Positions 13,688 through 24,592 are shown, counted from the first letter of the whole stretch. The stretch: 62,353 nt of DNA, filler included, from Asterionella formosa (GCA_002256025.1; 21 parts of 21 records of this genome joined end to end with filler, not necessarily neighbours in it), one strand, 5' to 3'. Numbers and translations: made by a program. The notes: generated by a model not told the origin, from the sequence alone.

Positions 13688-13935
13688 TGTTAAATTCTTC
13701 TGCAGTCTGGCTGCAATGCTAGCTCTTTCTAGACAAGCTCTGTGTAATAAAACCTTCTGTTCTAATCCAACCTTATTGTGAGCTTATTTGATCTATCTTG
13801 TAATCATTCACATGACCAATTATTAAGGTTCTCTTCCCAAATTTGTATATAGATATTCATTGTGTTGTCAGACATTCAAGTCTCAACTGACAACTCAACT
13901 CCACTCACTTAGTAGAACAATCATGAATAATGACA
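13688..13935 (-). mobile_element. 5' LTR (about 248 bp) of the 11933-13655 copia element
   Basis: The minus strand reads TGTCA...TAACA (TG..CA termini) and ends 32 nt before the gag ATG. A second copy lies at 24913-25157. Confidence 0.8.
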
Positions 13936-14814
13936 TCATCATCCAATATTAGTGTGCGTGCTGCGGATGATTGCTGACGTGTGCCTGCACGAGTAGGAGT
14001 AGGTGAGGTCACAAAGCCTGTAGATAGCCTATTCATTTCTCGATCGAGCTTTGTAGATTTCGTAGCATTATTCGTACGAGGCTCGTTCGTATTCATACCA
14101 CCTGCGACGGAATCTGCAAAGCTCACTCCCTTGGGAGTACTGGGATCGTCTTGTTTCGTTGGTAGTAGTGTAGTAGCCCCTTGCTCGTCAGGAGGCATTG
14201 CGTTGGTAGGTTTAGTAGGAGTGTCGAATTCCTCGTCTATACCGGATCCGTCTGTGGTGAATTCGTCCATGTCCGCTGTGGGTTTGGCATTTCCATGCCA
14301 GTCGGCCCATTTAAGGTCTCTTGTGTTGAAGACCTTTTTCGTTGTAACGTTGTACATGCGGTAGGTATCACCGGCGTGGTCATGGCTGTATCCAAGCATG
14401 ACACATTTGACACTTTTTGGGGTTAGTTTCTGCCTTGGCGTCCGAATCGTAGCCCACCCCACCCTGCCAAACTGAATCAGGTGAGGATAAATCTTAGGCT
14501 GAAAGCCGTAGAAAAGCCAATCGGGGCATTTTCCCGTATTCGAGTTAGCGACAGAGTTCGTTAGTCGCATGTGCATGTGGACACTCTTGGTCCACAGTAG
14601 CCCCTAGTATTCGTCTGACAATTTTGCGCTGAACATGGAGGCACATGCTCGGTCTTGTATTGTCACAAAATTTCGTTCCACGACTCAGTTCTGTTGAGGA
14701 GTATGGGGGGCAGTATACTCAATCTGAATACCCTGCGTGGTGCAGACGATACTTAGACTGGTCATGTTTTCACCGGCATTTTCCAGCGTAGGAAGCGTAC
14801 TACATAGCCCGCTG
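13936..14814 (-). pseudogene. Ty1/copia integrase core, SH3-like domain and linker, interrupted by the LTR
   Basis: NAGEN...IEYTAPHTPQQN*VVERNF and KCVMLGYSHDHAGDTYRMYN are present with stops. The frame runs directly into the LTR at 13935. Confidence 0.85.
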
Positions 14815-15163
14815 NNNNNNNNNNNNNNNNNNNNNNNNNNNNNNNNNNNNNNNNNNNNTTAATTAATTAANNNNNNNNNNNNNNNNNNNNNNNNNNNNNN
14901 NNNNNNNNNNNNNNGGCGACAAGTTCCGGGTCATGAGCCAAAAAATTGCCACATTGCAATTTTCAATAGTACTCAAATTTTGTGGGTTCTTACCAGCTTC
15001 GATTTTCTACCCCTTTTTCTATTGCGATTGGTGCCACAGTAGCACCCAGCGAGGGTCATTTTTTCTTTACCTTTGATGTGCGTCTGAAAAGGTGACTTTT
15101 GTTTCCATCTCATTCACTTTTCGACTCATGCTTGGTCATGAACGATGACACAAGTTTGCAAAC

Positions 15164-16080
15164 ATGACTGTAGACACAGCAGCAGCTACCGACGAACAAG
15201 CGGGCTTGGCCCGAAAGCGCCGCATGCATCGTTTACATCGCGATGTCAAGAGGCAATGCGCAGAGGAGGAGGAGTACGCCGAGGTCCCTGAGGCAGTTTC
15301 ATCCGACCCCAAGCCTCATCCGACCGGGATCAAGCTGCAAGCTCGCTACGATCCTGGCGTGCCCATGACCCGAGATGAACTTACCTCCTGGAGAAAGGAA
15401 GCTCGTCGTGTTCGCAATCGCGAGTCTGCTGCTGAGTCTCGCAAACGAACGCGCGACCGTATTGAGGAACTCGAAAGTGAAGTTTCTGCTTTGAACACGA
15501 AGTATCAGGCTGCTCTAGCCCGCATCATGGAGTTGGAATCACGCGGGGACAGCAGCACTCCTCTCTTTGTACCTCGCAATATTTCACAAGAAAAAACTCT
15601 CGTACGGGGAAAGGATTCGCGCAGTGTTTTTGTTTCCCCCTGTCCGTCGGAGGTTTCATCTCCTTGCCTCTCTCCTGTCTCCAACCGTTTGCCTTCTCGT
15701 TTCTCTCTCTCTGACAGGAACAGCCATCAAGAACTAGTGGACCAAAAGTATCAAAACATCATGACTATGATCTCTCGACCAGCCGAGTCTATTTGATCAC
15801 CCTTAAAGGAACTCATGTTCCTCCTATGTTTTACCTTCCAGCAGTGAAGTCAATCCATGATGATGATACTTTTGAGCCGCTAGCTCCTGATGCTAGTTCC
15901 TCGTTAACAGAGACAACGACGTTTGAGACTGCAAGTGATCTGTCATCCAACTCAGAAGACTTGGAGGAGACGGAACTTGGAGATTTTCTAATGGATGCGT
16001 TCTCTTCCTACGAAGATCAATTTCCGCTTGTCGTTGATGCTGACCTGGACGCATTCCTTGGTGACATGGTTGGGGTTTGA
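15164..16080 (+). CDS. bZIP transcription factor, putative HAC1/XBP1/bZIP60 equivalent. Unspliced form 210 aa (15164-15796); predicted IRE1-spliced form 285 aa (15164-15782 + 15842-16080)
   Basis: Basic region RKEARRVRNRESAAESRKRTR, then leucine heptads (IEELESEVSALNTKYQAALARIMELE). A downstream acidic reading frame is reachable by excising 15783-15841. The bZIP call is strong; the UPR assignment is inferred. Confidence 0.85.
15757..15862 (+). promoter_or_regulatory. Twin stem-loop RNA element with IRE1 consensus loops (unconventional intron 15783-15841)
   Basis: Hairpin 1 is GAC-CAGCCGA-GTC (15777-15789) and hairpin 2 is CTTC-CAGCAGT-GAAG (15835-15849). A flanking stem is formed by CATCATG 15757-15763 / CATGATG 15856-15862. 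Confidence 0.72.
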
Positions 16081-17081
16081 TGACATTGTTCGATGACCCA
16101 TGAATTCTACATTGCAACTACATTTTACACGTGTCGTAGAAACGATGAACCAACTTATGCGGCATCATTTGTACGAAGTGATAACCGGACAAGCCGAATA
16201 TCTTGGAAATAAATGCACCAACACTAGATCAGCAGCGTTAACAATTAATTCTTACAGTTGCATGTTTATTCTTGAATGTCACAGGTACATGCTGAATATA
16301 GACAACAACCATAAAACAAAATTATGCTAATGATTACGACTTGAACGGTTACAACTACACCAACGAGAACGTGTAGATGCCAGAAAAGAACTCACCCTGG
16401 CCCTTGTGATAATGTTCCCAAGAAGCGATATTCTTTGAACCAAGTTGTTACAACTTATTTTCCATCACCGGTGAGCTAAAGCAATGCCACTCAAATGCAG
16501 TCATGACATGCAAGATTTGCAAACATTTCGTCGTATGCAGGATCGCGACATGCATCATAGTACATATGGAAGCGAGACGACAATGTGTAATACAGCTGAC
16601 TTTCCATGTTGATGAGTGTGCCCAAGCTATCTACTGATAACGCACCGTCAACAAACCAAAATAAGAGGCTAAATACATGCGGATCGTATTACAAGGAGGA
16701 TCCTTACAATTTTTGCCACGCAAACAAGTGGAACGTAGACAAGTAGTAAATGGCTGTCCAAAACAAACATAAACAAAAAAATATTGGATAAAAAATCCAT
16801 CCCCGACCGTGGATTCAGTTTCATGATAGTTTAATGAACAATGTGACCTGCCATCATCAAACATAAAAAACACGCGCAAGAGTGTGTCCATACGAGTAGT
16901 AGATAGGCAGTTTAATAAAGAGTGCAAATTGTGAAATCGAATTACTTTTCGCCCACTGCATTAGAAAAATGAACTCTCACGTTATAATGCATCCCAGAAG
17001 AGATTCAAAACGAAAGCTTGGTTGATTCTTGCGTCTGAATGCAGAAACTCTAAATATCGTTCGTCTTGCCCCATCAAATCT

Positions 17082-17357
17082 CTAATCCGTCTTGGTACTA
17101 CTGCCAGTCGTCGCACTTTCGCTGCTCACGACACCCGAATTTCCTCCACCATTAGCTTCATTGTAAGCTGTCTCAAACATTTGAAGACTGAATAATAAAC
17201 CAGAACTCAGGAAGATCAAAATTGCCATGTGAATCCGAGCCACACCGGCAATAAAGATGCCAATCGTGCAAACCAACAAGAGACCAACAATGACACGGAC
17301 AAAAGGGATTAGCTTGATCCCGCCTCCGGGGGCCATGACTTCGGAAATAAAAGACAT
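17082..17357 (-). CDS. Small two-TM membrane protein, Pkr1-like (ER V-ATPase assembly factor family)
   Basis: 91 aa. MSFISEVMAPG, TM1, RIHM, TM2 (ILIFLSSGLLFSLQMF) and a polar tail parallel the Pkr1 pattern (S.F.PG...IHF...L..L.W.F). Confidence 0.6.
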   Translation of the reverse strand: MSFISEVMAPGGGIKLIPFVRVIVGLLLVCTIGIFIAGVARIHMAILIFLSSGLLFSLQMFETAYNEANGGGNSGVVSSESATTGSSTKTD

Positions 17358-17896
17358 CCTTGTACGATGTGTAGTTCCTTTTGCGTTAAATAGGATGGAT
17401 TGAATGGGACAATGACTTGGTCGTCAACAAGAATGTTGCTGAGAGGGAAATGGCGTCCTTGTTAATGAAAGCAAAAAGGGTACCAGGCATGATAGGTATG
17501 ATACCTGGTAACCTGGTACCTGGTACCAGGTACCTCCACACATATCCATGTTCATACAGGTCTACCGGCATGTATGTGTGCATTGTCTTCAATCTTCATC
17601 AGACCCTCATGTAATTAATAGTACCTGGTACCTGGTAGTATGTATTATCATGCACTCTATTAACAATGAGTTAGTATCATAGATGATGGATCATTCAGAA
17701 AATACCTTTGTACTTAGTTTTGTCTCTACCGGTACATCGTCAATACCAATGCTTTTCAAATGTAGTTACCGGTAGAATAATTATACATAAATGTATNNNN
17801 NNNNNNNNNNNNNNNNNNNNNNNNNNNNNNNNNNNNNNNNTTAATTAATTAANNNNNNNNNNNNNNNNNNNNNNNNNNNNNNNNNNNNNNNNNNNN

Positions 17897-18545
17897 TCCA
17901 TGCTGTCTCGTCAATCTCTGAAATACTAGCTAGTATGCAGCAAAATTGCAGGTGAACTTTGGGTTGTAGTATCTTGTGACAGTTGCATGTTGGTAATGCG
18001 ACCACCATTCTAACAGCTCGTTGCATGTGTGGATGTGATTTTAAAATAGAATGTTGATGACTAGATATCATGACAGCCATGAAAATGTTCGTTTGATTAT
18101 GTAGTCGTCTGATTTATTCTGTTTACCATCTATGCCTAGTACTATAGAGTCATATGTCTTCGTTTTCGTCGCCAATTCAAGCCCAATTGATTGCCCGCTA
18201 TCATCGATTAGCCACCCTGTTCTTATTGCTAAAAAAAACCTTCGAACGCGTTTGTCTATTATTCTCCGAATTCAAGTTTTTAAACTCTGGCGCATTTTTG
18301 ATTGTTGAATTGAATCAAGCTTTCTGGATTCGCTCTCTATCACCATGTCATGCAAATTTGTCACTGAGGGTCCACCATTTGTTGCAAGCTGATAAAGCAG
18401 GTCGGGTAGTTAAAAATTCACACAAATAACATGATTCTTTGATGGATTTAAGAGATGATTGAACTCGCTCCATAAGCCTATCATTGAGGCTTCATCAGCG
18501 ATGCAAGGAGTGCATGAAGCTAAACTCACAATGTGCAAGATTATT
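17897..18545. repeat. Dispersed repeat of about 650 bp (inverted copy at 58047-58705)
   Basis: Colinear reverse-complement match along its length, e.g. TCCATGCTGTCTCGTCAATCTCTGA vs TCAGAGATTGACGAGACAGCGTGGA, and CTAAACTCACAATGTGCAAGA vs TCTTGCACATTGTGAGTTTAG. Confidence 0.85.
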
Positions 18546-21292
18546 CAAAGTAGCTAGCAGTATGGATAAATCTACTACTAAAGAATACAATGTTAACATC
18601 GAAACTCTGATTTTGAAACTTTGATGCTAATGAATTGCTACTGGTAGTTATTGAAATGAACAAAGGAATTAATTTGGTTCAAGCAGTGAACCGAAGAATC
18701 AGGCCACAATTGTTGAATGTTGTCAACAATTTTCAACAGAACAAGTAGTACTGACACTACTAATAGCTAGCTATTCATTTCATCTACATTCTATCATTTG
18801 GTTGAGGTTGAAATGAAGTGATAGTGAGTCGTAATTTACATATTGTGTGTTTGCTATAGTTACAATATTTTTTGTCATCTGCTCCACCCTGCAACCTATT
18901 ATCAGTACTTTCTGTATTAGGTATGGATGGGTGTGGTGCGCCCGAGGTAGAAGTCGTTCTCGTGTGTACATTTTGTACCAACCATTTTTTACGTGTCGGT
19001 TTGTCCTAAAATTCAGGGTGTGAATAAGAAGTTAACTCCTGACGTTATAGTGTAAAAGGCTATCTATGTCATTCTTCATGAAACCCCGTAGGTGAAGAGC
19101 AATCCTCCTCCAAAAAGTCGACCCGATCGGCTTTTTCAACAGTCGCCAAAATATTGGAATCAGAATTTGTACGTGCAAAAACGTTCTCGTATACTTGGAG
19201 TCTTGCGTAGGTATGTTTCGATGAATAATTCTCAGTCCGAAAAGACTTCATGGTAAGTTCCCGCGTCACTACACATATTCTGATTGGTTGAATTGAATTT
19301 ATTCACCTGCTTGAGATCGCTGAAGTATCCCGGTCTTGTAAAATCTCGCCAGCCACACTTGAACCACACGTATTAGATGTGCTGAATACTGGATGGTAAA
19401 ATCAAAACCGGTACTACCGGTAGTACATCCTGTCATCCATCATGATGAACCAATATTGTGTACCAGGTACTACTGATACCTGGTGCTCCGAGTACCGAAA
19501 TACCGTTACTCTGGGACTCCGGTACCAGGTACCAGGGTACTGATTTACATACCGGTATTTACCTTTGTGCGTGTAGGGATATTGAAACTACAAACAGTAA
19601 CGTAGATTCATTATCAACGTATAAACAAGAGGCATGAGCATAGATGTTGGCATACTCCTAATTTATATGTGTGTTTTGGCGTTGAGCAAAATTATGTCTA
19701 CATTCAGCAACAAAGAAAAAGGAAAAACGTTTAAATATCATATTTAAAAAAAGGAACTCTATCAATCTGGTCCCGATTCCTATTAATTCGAATATTCAAA
19801 TGGACACTCGAATCATGAGAATTCATAGTAAGAAACTCCCTGTTCCACACCGTTTTTACAACCCTAGCGATATTTTCTCCGAACTAGGGTTAAGCCGGGG
19901 CCGCAACCTTGTGTAAGCACCAAACGCTTATTCACTTTTAGCTTAGCAAGGGTCAAGAGCACAAACCCAGCCACCACGGAAGCGTGCCAGCCCTTGCAAG
20001 ACGCGCTCTATATATAAATGCCAGTACGAAGTTCTTTATCATTAGAAAAAAGTATTAATTCCCCAATATAATTGCCGTTTGACGTTTTTAGCACCTTTTC
20101 CGTATGTCTCAGGTATGACTGCTAATCCCACTGCTGATGGCTGTTGTTCTTTTCCTGGTGTAATACTGTACTACACCAACTAAAAAGTGATATACCGGTA
20201 GTATAGAGTGGTAAGAGAATTCATACTTCATAACAACTGTCTGTAGGGTAAAACACGATTTTAATGAGTATGAAAGTGTTCCAGATGTGCACATAGCTCG
20301 TTGTAAAGTCCTAAACTTGGAGATGGCATTAAGAAATCTAATCCTTCTTTCACACTTGGCTGTTGCACCTGAAAAAGCCTATAAATTCAACACAAGCATC
20401 ATTTATTGCATCACCATAATCCTAAATGTCACGTTTTTAGTAATGTGATTTCAATTGTGATGAGTGAATGATTACTCTGAATCAATATTTTTCTTTCAAT
20501 GATCCTAGTTTGAACTAGCGGATTAAATTCAGCAAGCATCCATCTAACTAGCTGGTAGCCTATGGTGAGTCAATATGCATATATATTAATTTCAACTTTA
20601 GAAGTGTTAGACCCAATCAGGTTGTGTTGAACGTCACCAAAAGATCAAGGTTGTTGCTAAGATGAATGTTTGGATTCTGGCATAATTGTCTACCTGCCTT
20701 ATTCAACCTCGAGTATTGTGTGATATTGTTTTTGGTAGATCCTAGACTGCTGCCAAAAAAACCCAAGAAGTTGTCAACCTGAACATNNNNNNNNNNNNNN
20801 NNNNNNNNNNNNNNNNNNNNNNNNNNNNNNTTAATTAATTAANNNNNNNNNNNNNNNNNNNNNNNNNNNNNNNNNNNNNNNNNNNNTTTGTGGATGCGGA
20901 TATCGGCGCCAACAACTGCTTGTGCTGTTTGTTCTTTGGCAGTCGATATCAAGGGAAAATGTGATAGAGGAAAAAATAATAATTGAATCGAAATTAGGTA
21001 CTCTTTACTTAATTATGTGGTGAGACCAGCATAATATTGCCGTGAAGTGGCGTAATTTCGCCATTATACCGTTATGAGGGCTAGTTGAAAAAAAATATTG
21101 TTGCGAACTCACATAATTATTGGTTTGATCACATAATTATTAGATAAGTAGAATAAATTTTGTTTTAGAACACATAAATTTTGGTTTGATCCAAATAAAT
21201 TCCCAAAAAAGTAGCATAATATTTTAGAAAAGTAGCATAAATACGTCACTTTAGACATAAATTTGAAAAAGTGCCGTAAACGGCGTCTTAGA

Positions 21293-22450
21293 TGTGATTG
21301 GACTGGCTCTCGATACATTGGCCTTACACTGACGTGGGACTACGAACATCGCACAGTTGACCTCACTATGCCTGGTTACATTGTTTGTGCTCTACACCGA
21401 TTCACGCACTCCACTCCAACACACCCACAACATGCCCCCCATGCCTGGACTGCACCTAGTTATGGCGCTCACCAGCAATTTGTTGTTTCTGATGTCACCC
21501 CTGTCCTTGACCTCCATGATAAAACACGTGTGCAAGAGATTCTTGGTACTTTATTGTATTATGCCCGTGCTATTGATTGTACTATGTTGCCGGCCCTTGG
21601 TACATTGGCTACACAACAAGCAACCCCTACTGTGGCTACCTTGACTGCTATTACTCACCTTCTCAATTATTGTGCCACGCATCCTGAGGCCACACTTCGC
21701 TTTACTGCCGGTGACATGGTCCTCCATGTTGAAAGCGATGCTTCCTATCTCTCTGAAACACGTGGTCGCTCCCGCGCTGCCGGCATTCACTTTCTCAGCT
21801 GTAAACCCGTGTCTCCACCTAGCCTCCCTACATCCATCCCTCCTCTTAACGGTGCTATTTACGTCCACTGTCAAATTCTTAAGGAGGTTGTCTCAAGTGC
21901 TGCTGAGGCTGAATTAGCTGCTCTATTCCACAATGGCAAAGAGGCATATGCTATTCGCACCATTCTTGTTGAGCTTGGTCATCCCCAACCTTCTACCCGT
22001 ATTGTCACCGATAATAGCACTGCCAGTGGCATCGCCAATGATACTGTCCGACAAAAACGTTCCAAAGCTATGGATATGCATTATTACTGGGTACGCGATC
22101 GGGTTCGCCAAGGCCAATTTCTTGTCTACTGGAAAAAAGGTAGTTTGAATCGTGCTGATTATTTCACTAAACATCATCCCGCTTCCCATCATATGTTGAT
22201 GCGCCCGCACTATCTCCATTGCCCTCCATCCCTCCCTAGTCCTCCTAACTATTATGCGTGCTTGGCTTCCGATGCTGCTATCATCTCCACCCCCGCTCCT
22301 GTTCTTCTGCCTGAATCTGCTGGTGAGGGTGTGTTAATATCTGCATATGATGCTCCATACATGCGCCGTACAAACCATACCGGCGCAGCCACCAGATTAG
22401 GTACATGCGTGAGTGCTAACAACGATGTACTTGGAACAGCAATAGAATAG
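21293..22450 (+). mobile_element. Ty1/copia (CoDi-like) pol 3' part: RT C-terminus and RNase H, 5'-truncated
   Basis: YIGLTLTWD, GTLLYYARAID, ESDASYL, AEAELAALF, TDNSTA, KRSKAMDM and NRADYFTK lie in an open frame. Confidence 0.92.
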
Positions 22451-22498
22451 TCATAATATTGTAGTTCACCTTTATTCACGGTAAGGTTCCCCTCAACA
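22332..22498 (+). mobile_element. 3' LTR (about 167 bp) preceded by a PPT-like tract
   Basis: GGTGAGGGTG at 22322-22331, then TGTT...AACA termini, immediately downstream of RNase H. Confidence 0.7.
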
Positions 22499-22572
22499 CT
22501 AGTGTAACATCCTATTTAGCCTTTATGATGGGTGGCTGTACAGTAAGATATAGTACCAGGTACCAGTAAAGA

Positions 22573-22777
22573 ACTGCTGTGACCCACTGAGTTCTCCTAT
22601 TCGTTTGATTAGTTCGACTAAACCTATTCCATGCCTTGCGAGAATCAAACTTCCAGGTCTTGTTAACCAAAGGAGTCAGCAGGTTGCGGATCAGTCGGTA
22701 TTCTCATTGAAGGTCGAGGTACTGAGATACGAACCATTTTATGTGGACAAAATTTGCTGGTAATGGGTCACAGCAGT
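22573..22777. mobile_element. MITE-like element with 14-bp terminal inverted repeats
   Basis: ACTGCTGTGACCCA 22573-22586 / TGGGTCACAGCAGT 22764-22777. A diverged copy of one end plus internal sequence lies at 59218-59387. Confidence 0.7.
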
Positions 22778-22921
22778 ACTTAAATTTTTATCTATAATTG
22801 TATATAATTTTATATACCATTATGATCACGGATTACCCTGTTTGGTTTTCGCAAAATTATTTATAAGAATTTTCGCATCCAATATTTATATCACGATCAC
22901 ACACAAATGCATTGAGCCACA

Positions 22922-23770
22922 TTAAATGCTTGTGCCTATCAACACCACTGCAATATCGCCCTCATCCCTACTAAGCTCCTGCCCTCCCACAAGCACAACA
23001 TCAAGAGGCCTAATTGGATATGGAGAATGCTTTTCTCCACGGCAACAAGTCTCCAAGTATCTTGCCAACAAGTTCTGTCTGGTTATTGGAAGCGGCGCAT
23101 CGCCATTGCGCTTGTACCATGTCACCATTGTTTTCAGTTCAGCTACGTTGTAGTAGCTTCCAGCTTCCTTTCCAGTCTCTCTGATGGCCTGTACCTTCTG
23201 TGACAATTCAAAAAACCGTTGATTCAATTTCTGCTCCTTGTTTTGTTCCTGGATTTCATGCCGGCGTTTGATTTCCAGCATATGCTCAAAAAGCGGTGGT
23301 CCTAGACAAGTGTTTCCAACAGCAAAGTGCAGTCCTGCGGTCATTCGTTTGTGTGTGTCGATTGCTGCTTGTGCTGTTTGTTTTCTTTTCCTGGCATGTT
23401 CTGCTGCATCATTACCATTTCGCACATCTTCTCTGTTTATGTATTCAACGATTTGATTTGTAAGAGTTCCTGAAAGTCCTTCTCGCAGGTTGAGCTGGTC
23501 AGGTGTAATAGAGGTTCTGTTGCTGTGTGAGATTCTATTCAATGGGACAACACCAAATTTTGTCAGCTGTATTTCAGGATTCAACAAACAATTATAGTTC
23601 AAAGGTCCCCAGCCTCGCTCTGCTACCGCTTTTTTGTTTGTGCGTAATCTCGCAAAACTTTTTTCCCAAGCATGTGCAACAATTCCAACTACATCTGTCT
23701 TCTCAATTGCAAATGGAAGATGGTACAAAGCCTTCTTGGTGAGTAAGTCTCTCTTTGCTTGTGTGAGGTG
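22922..23770 (-). CDS. 5'-partial pogo/Tigger-like (DDE_1) transposase C-terminal region
   Basis: Frame is open from the contig edge. DVVGIVAHAWEKSF...NKKAVAERGWGPLN matches the pogo post-catalytic I..AW...G..P.N pattern and is followed by a charged coiled-coil. Confidence 0.6.
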   Translation of the reverse strand, partial: HLTQAKRDLLTKKALYHLPFAIEKTDVVGIVAHAWEKSFARLRTNKKAVAERGWGPLNYNCLLNPEIQLTKFGVVPLNRISHSNRTSITPDQLNLREGLSGTLTNQIVEYINREDVRNGNDAAEHARKRKQTAQAAIDTHKRMTAGLHFAVGNTCLGPPLFEHMLEIKRRHEIQEQNKEQKLNQRFFELSQKVQAIRETGKEAGSYYNVAELKTMVTWYKRNGDAPLPITRQNLLARYLETCCRGEKHSPYPIRPLDVVLVGGQELSRDEGDIAVVLIGTSI

Positions 23771-24592
23771 CNNNNNNNNNNNNNNNNNNNNNNNNNNNNN
23801 NNNNNNNNNNNNNNNTTAATTAATTAANNNNNNNNNNNNNNNNNNNNNNNNNNNNNNNNNNNNNNNNNNNNGCGATGCGCATGGTTGCAGAAACCAGACC
23901 ATTGACGCTACATAACGATGTAGGTCAAGATTGGGTTCAGCTTTTCCCTTCTTATTTTGGTCTTCGATTGTGTGGTGATGGAAAGTCAATGTTGCCTGCT
24001 GGTGTGTAAGTACTACAATGATTCACAATGCATACGTCTCCATTGTTCTTGGAACTCTTATTTTTTATTTCATTTCTAACCCAAACAATTTTTTCTATTT
24101 CTCATTTGATGCTACTTATTACACCACATTTCATACTTTGGTTGCTCCAAACATCATGTTCAATTTTCATTGATGTTGCATGTTACAATCATTCTCGTGT
24201 GTTTTACGCTTGTTGTACCATCTCTATGCATATTACCGTTATTCTGGTTGTCATGCTAAAATCGGCAATTTTATTGCCGAAAAATTCGATCTGCCCCATA
24301 TTGCCCTTAAATAAAAATTACTTAAGAAATTACTTAGAGACTAAAAATTACTTAGAAGTACCCGAATGGCAAGACGATAAAGCTGGAGCGGGAATTGCTA
24401 GTGCACAAGCAACAAAGCTACTAGTACCGGTACCTGGTACCCAGTCTACCCTGTATTCAAGTATATGTACATCGCGAGCTTTGTCGAAGGGGCTAGTTAA
24501 CTACCAGTGCAGTACACAGCTACAACTATATGTATGGCCATAAAAGGTTGCGCTGAGAGTTGATTATTTTTCGGGTACGTTCGTAGTACCAA

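Noticed and set aside
15787..15844. Canonical GT-AG intron in the bZIP gene
   Set aside because: Donor GTCTAT is poor, and joining to either CAG (15841 or 15844) does not enter the acidic reading frame. A GC donor at 15782 gives an immediate stop.
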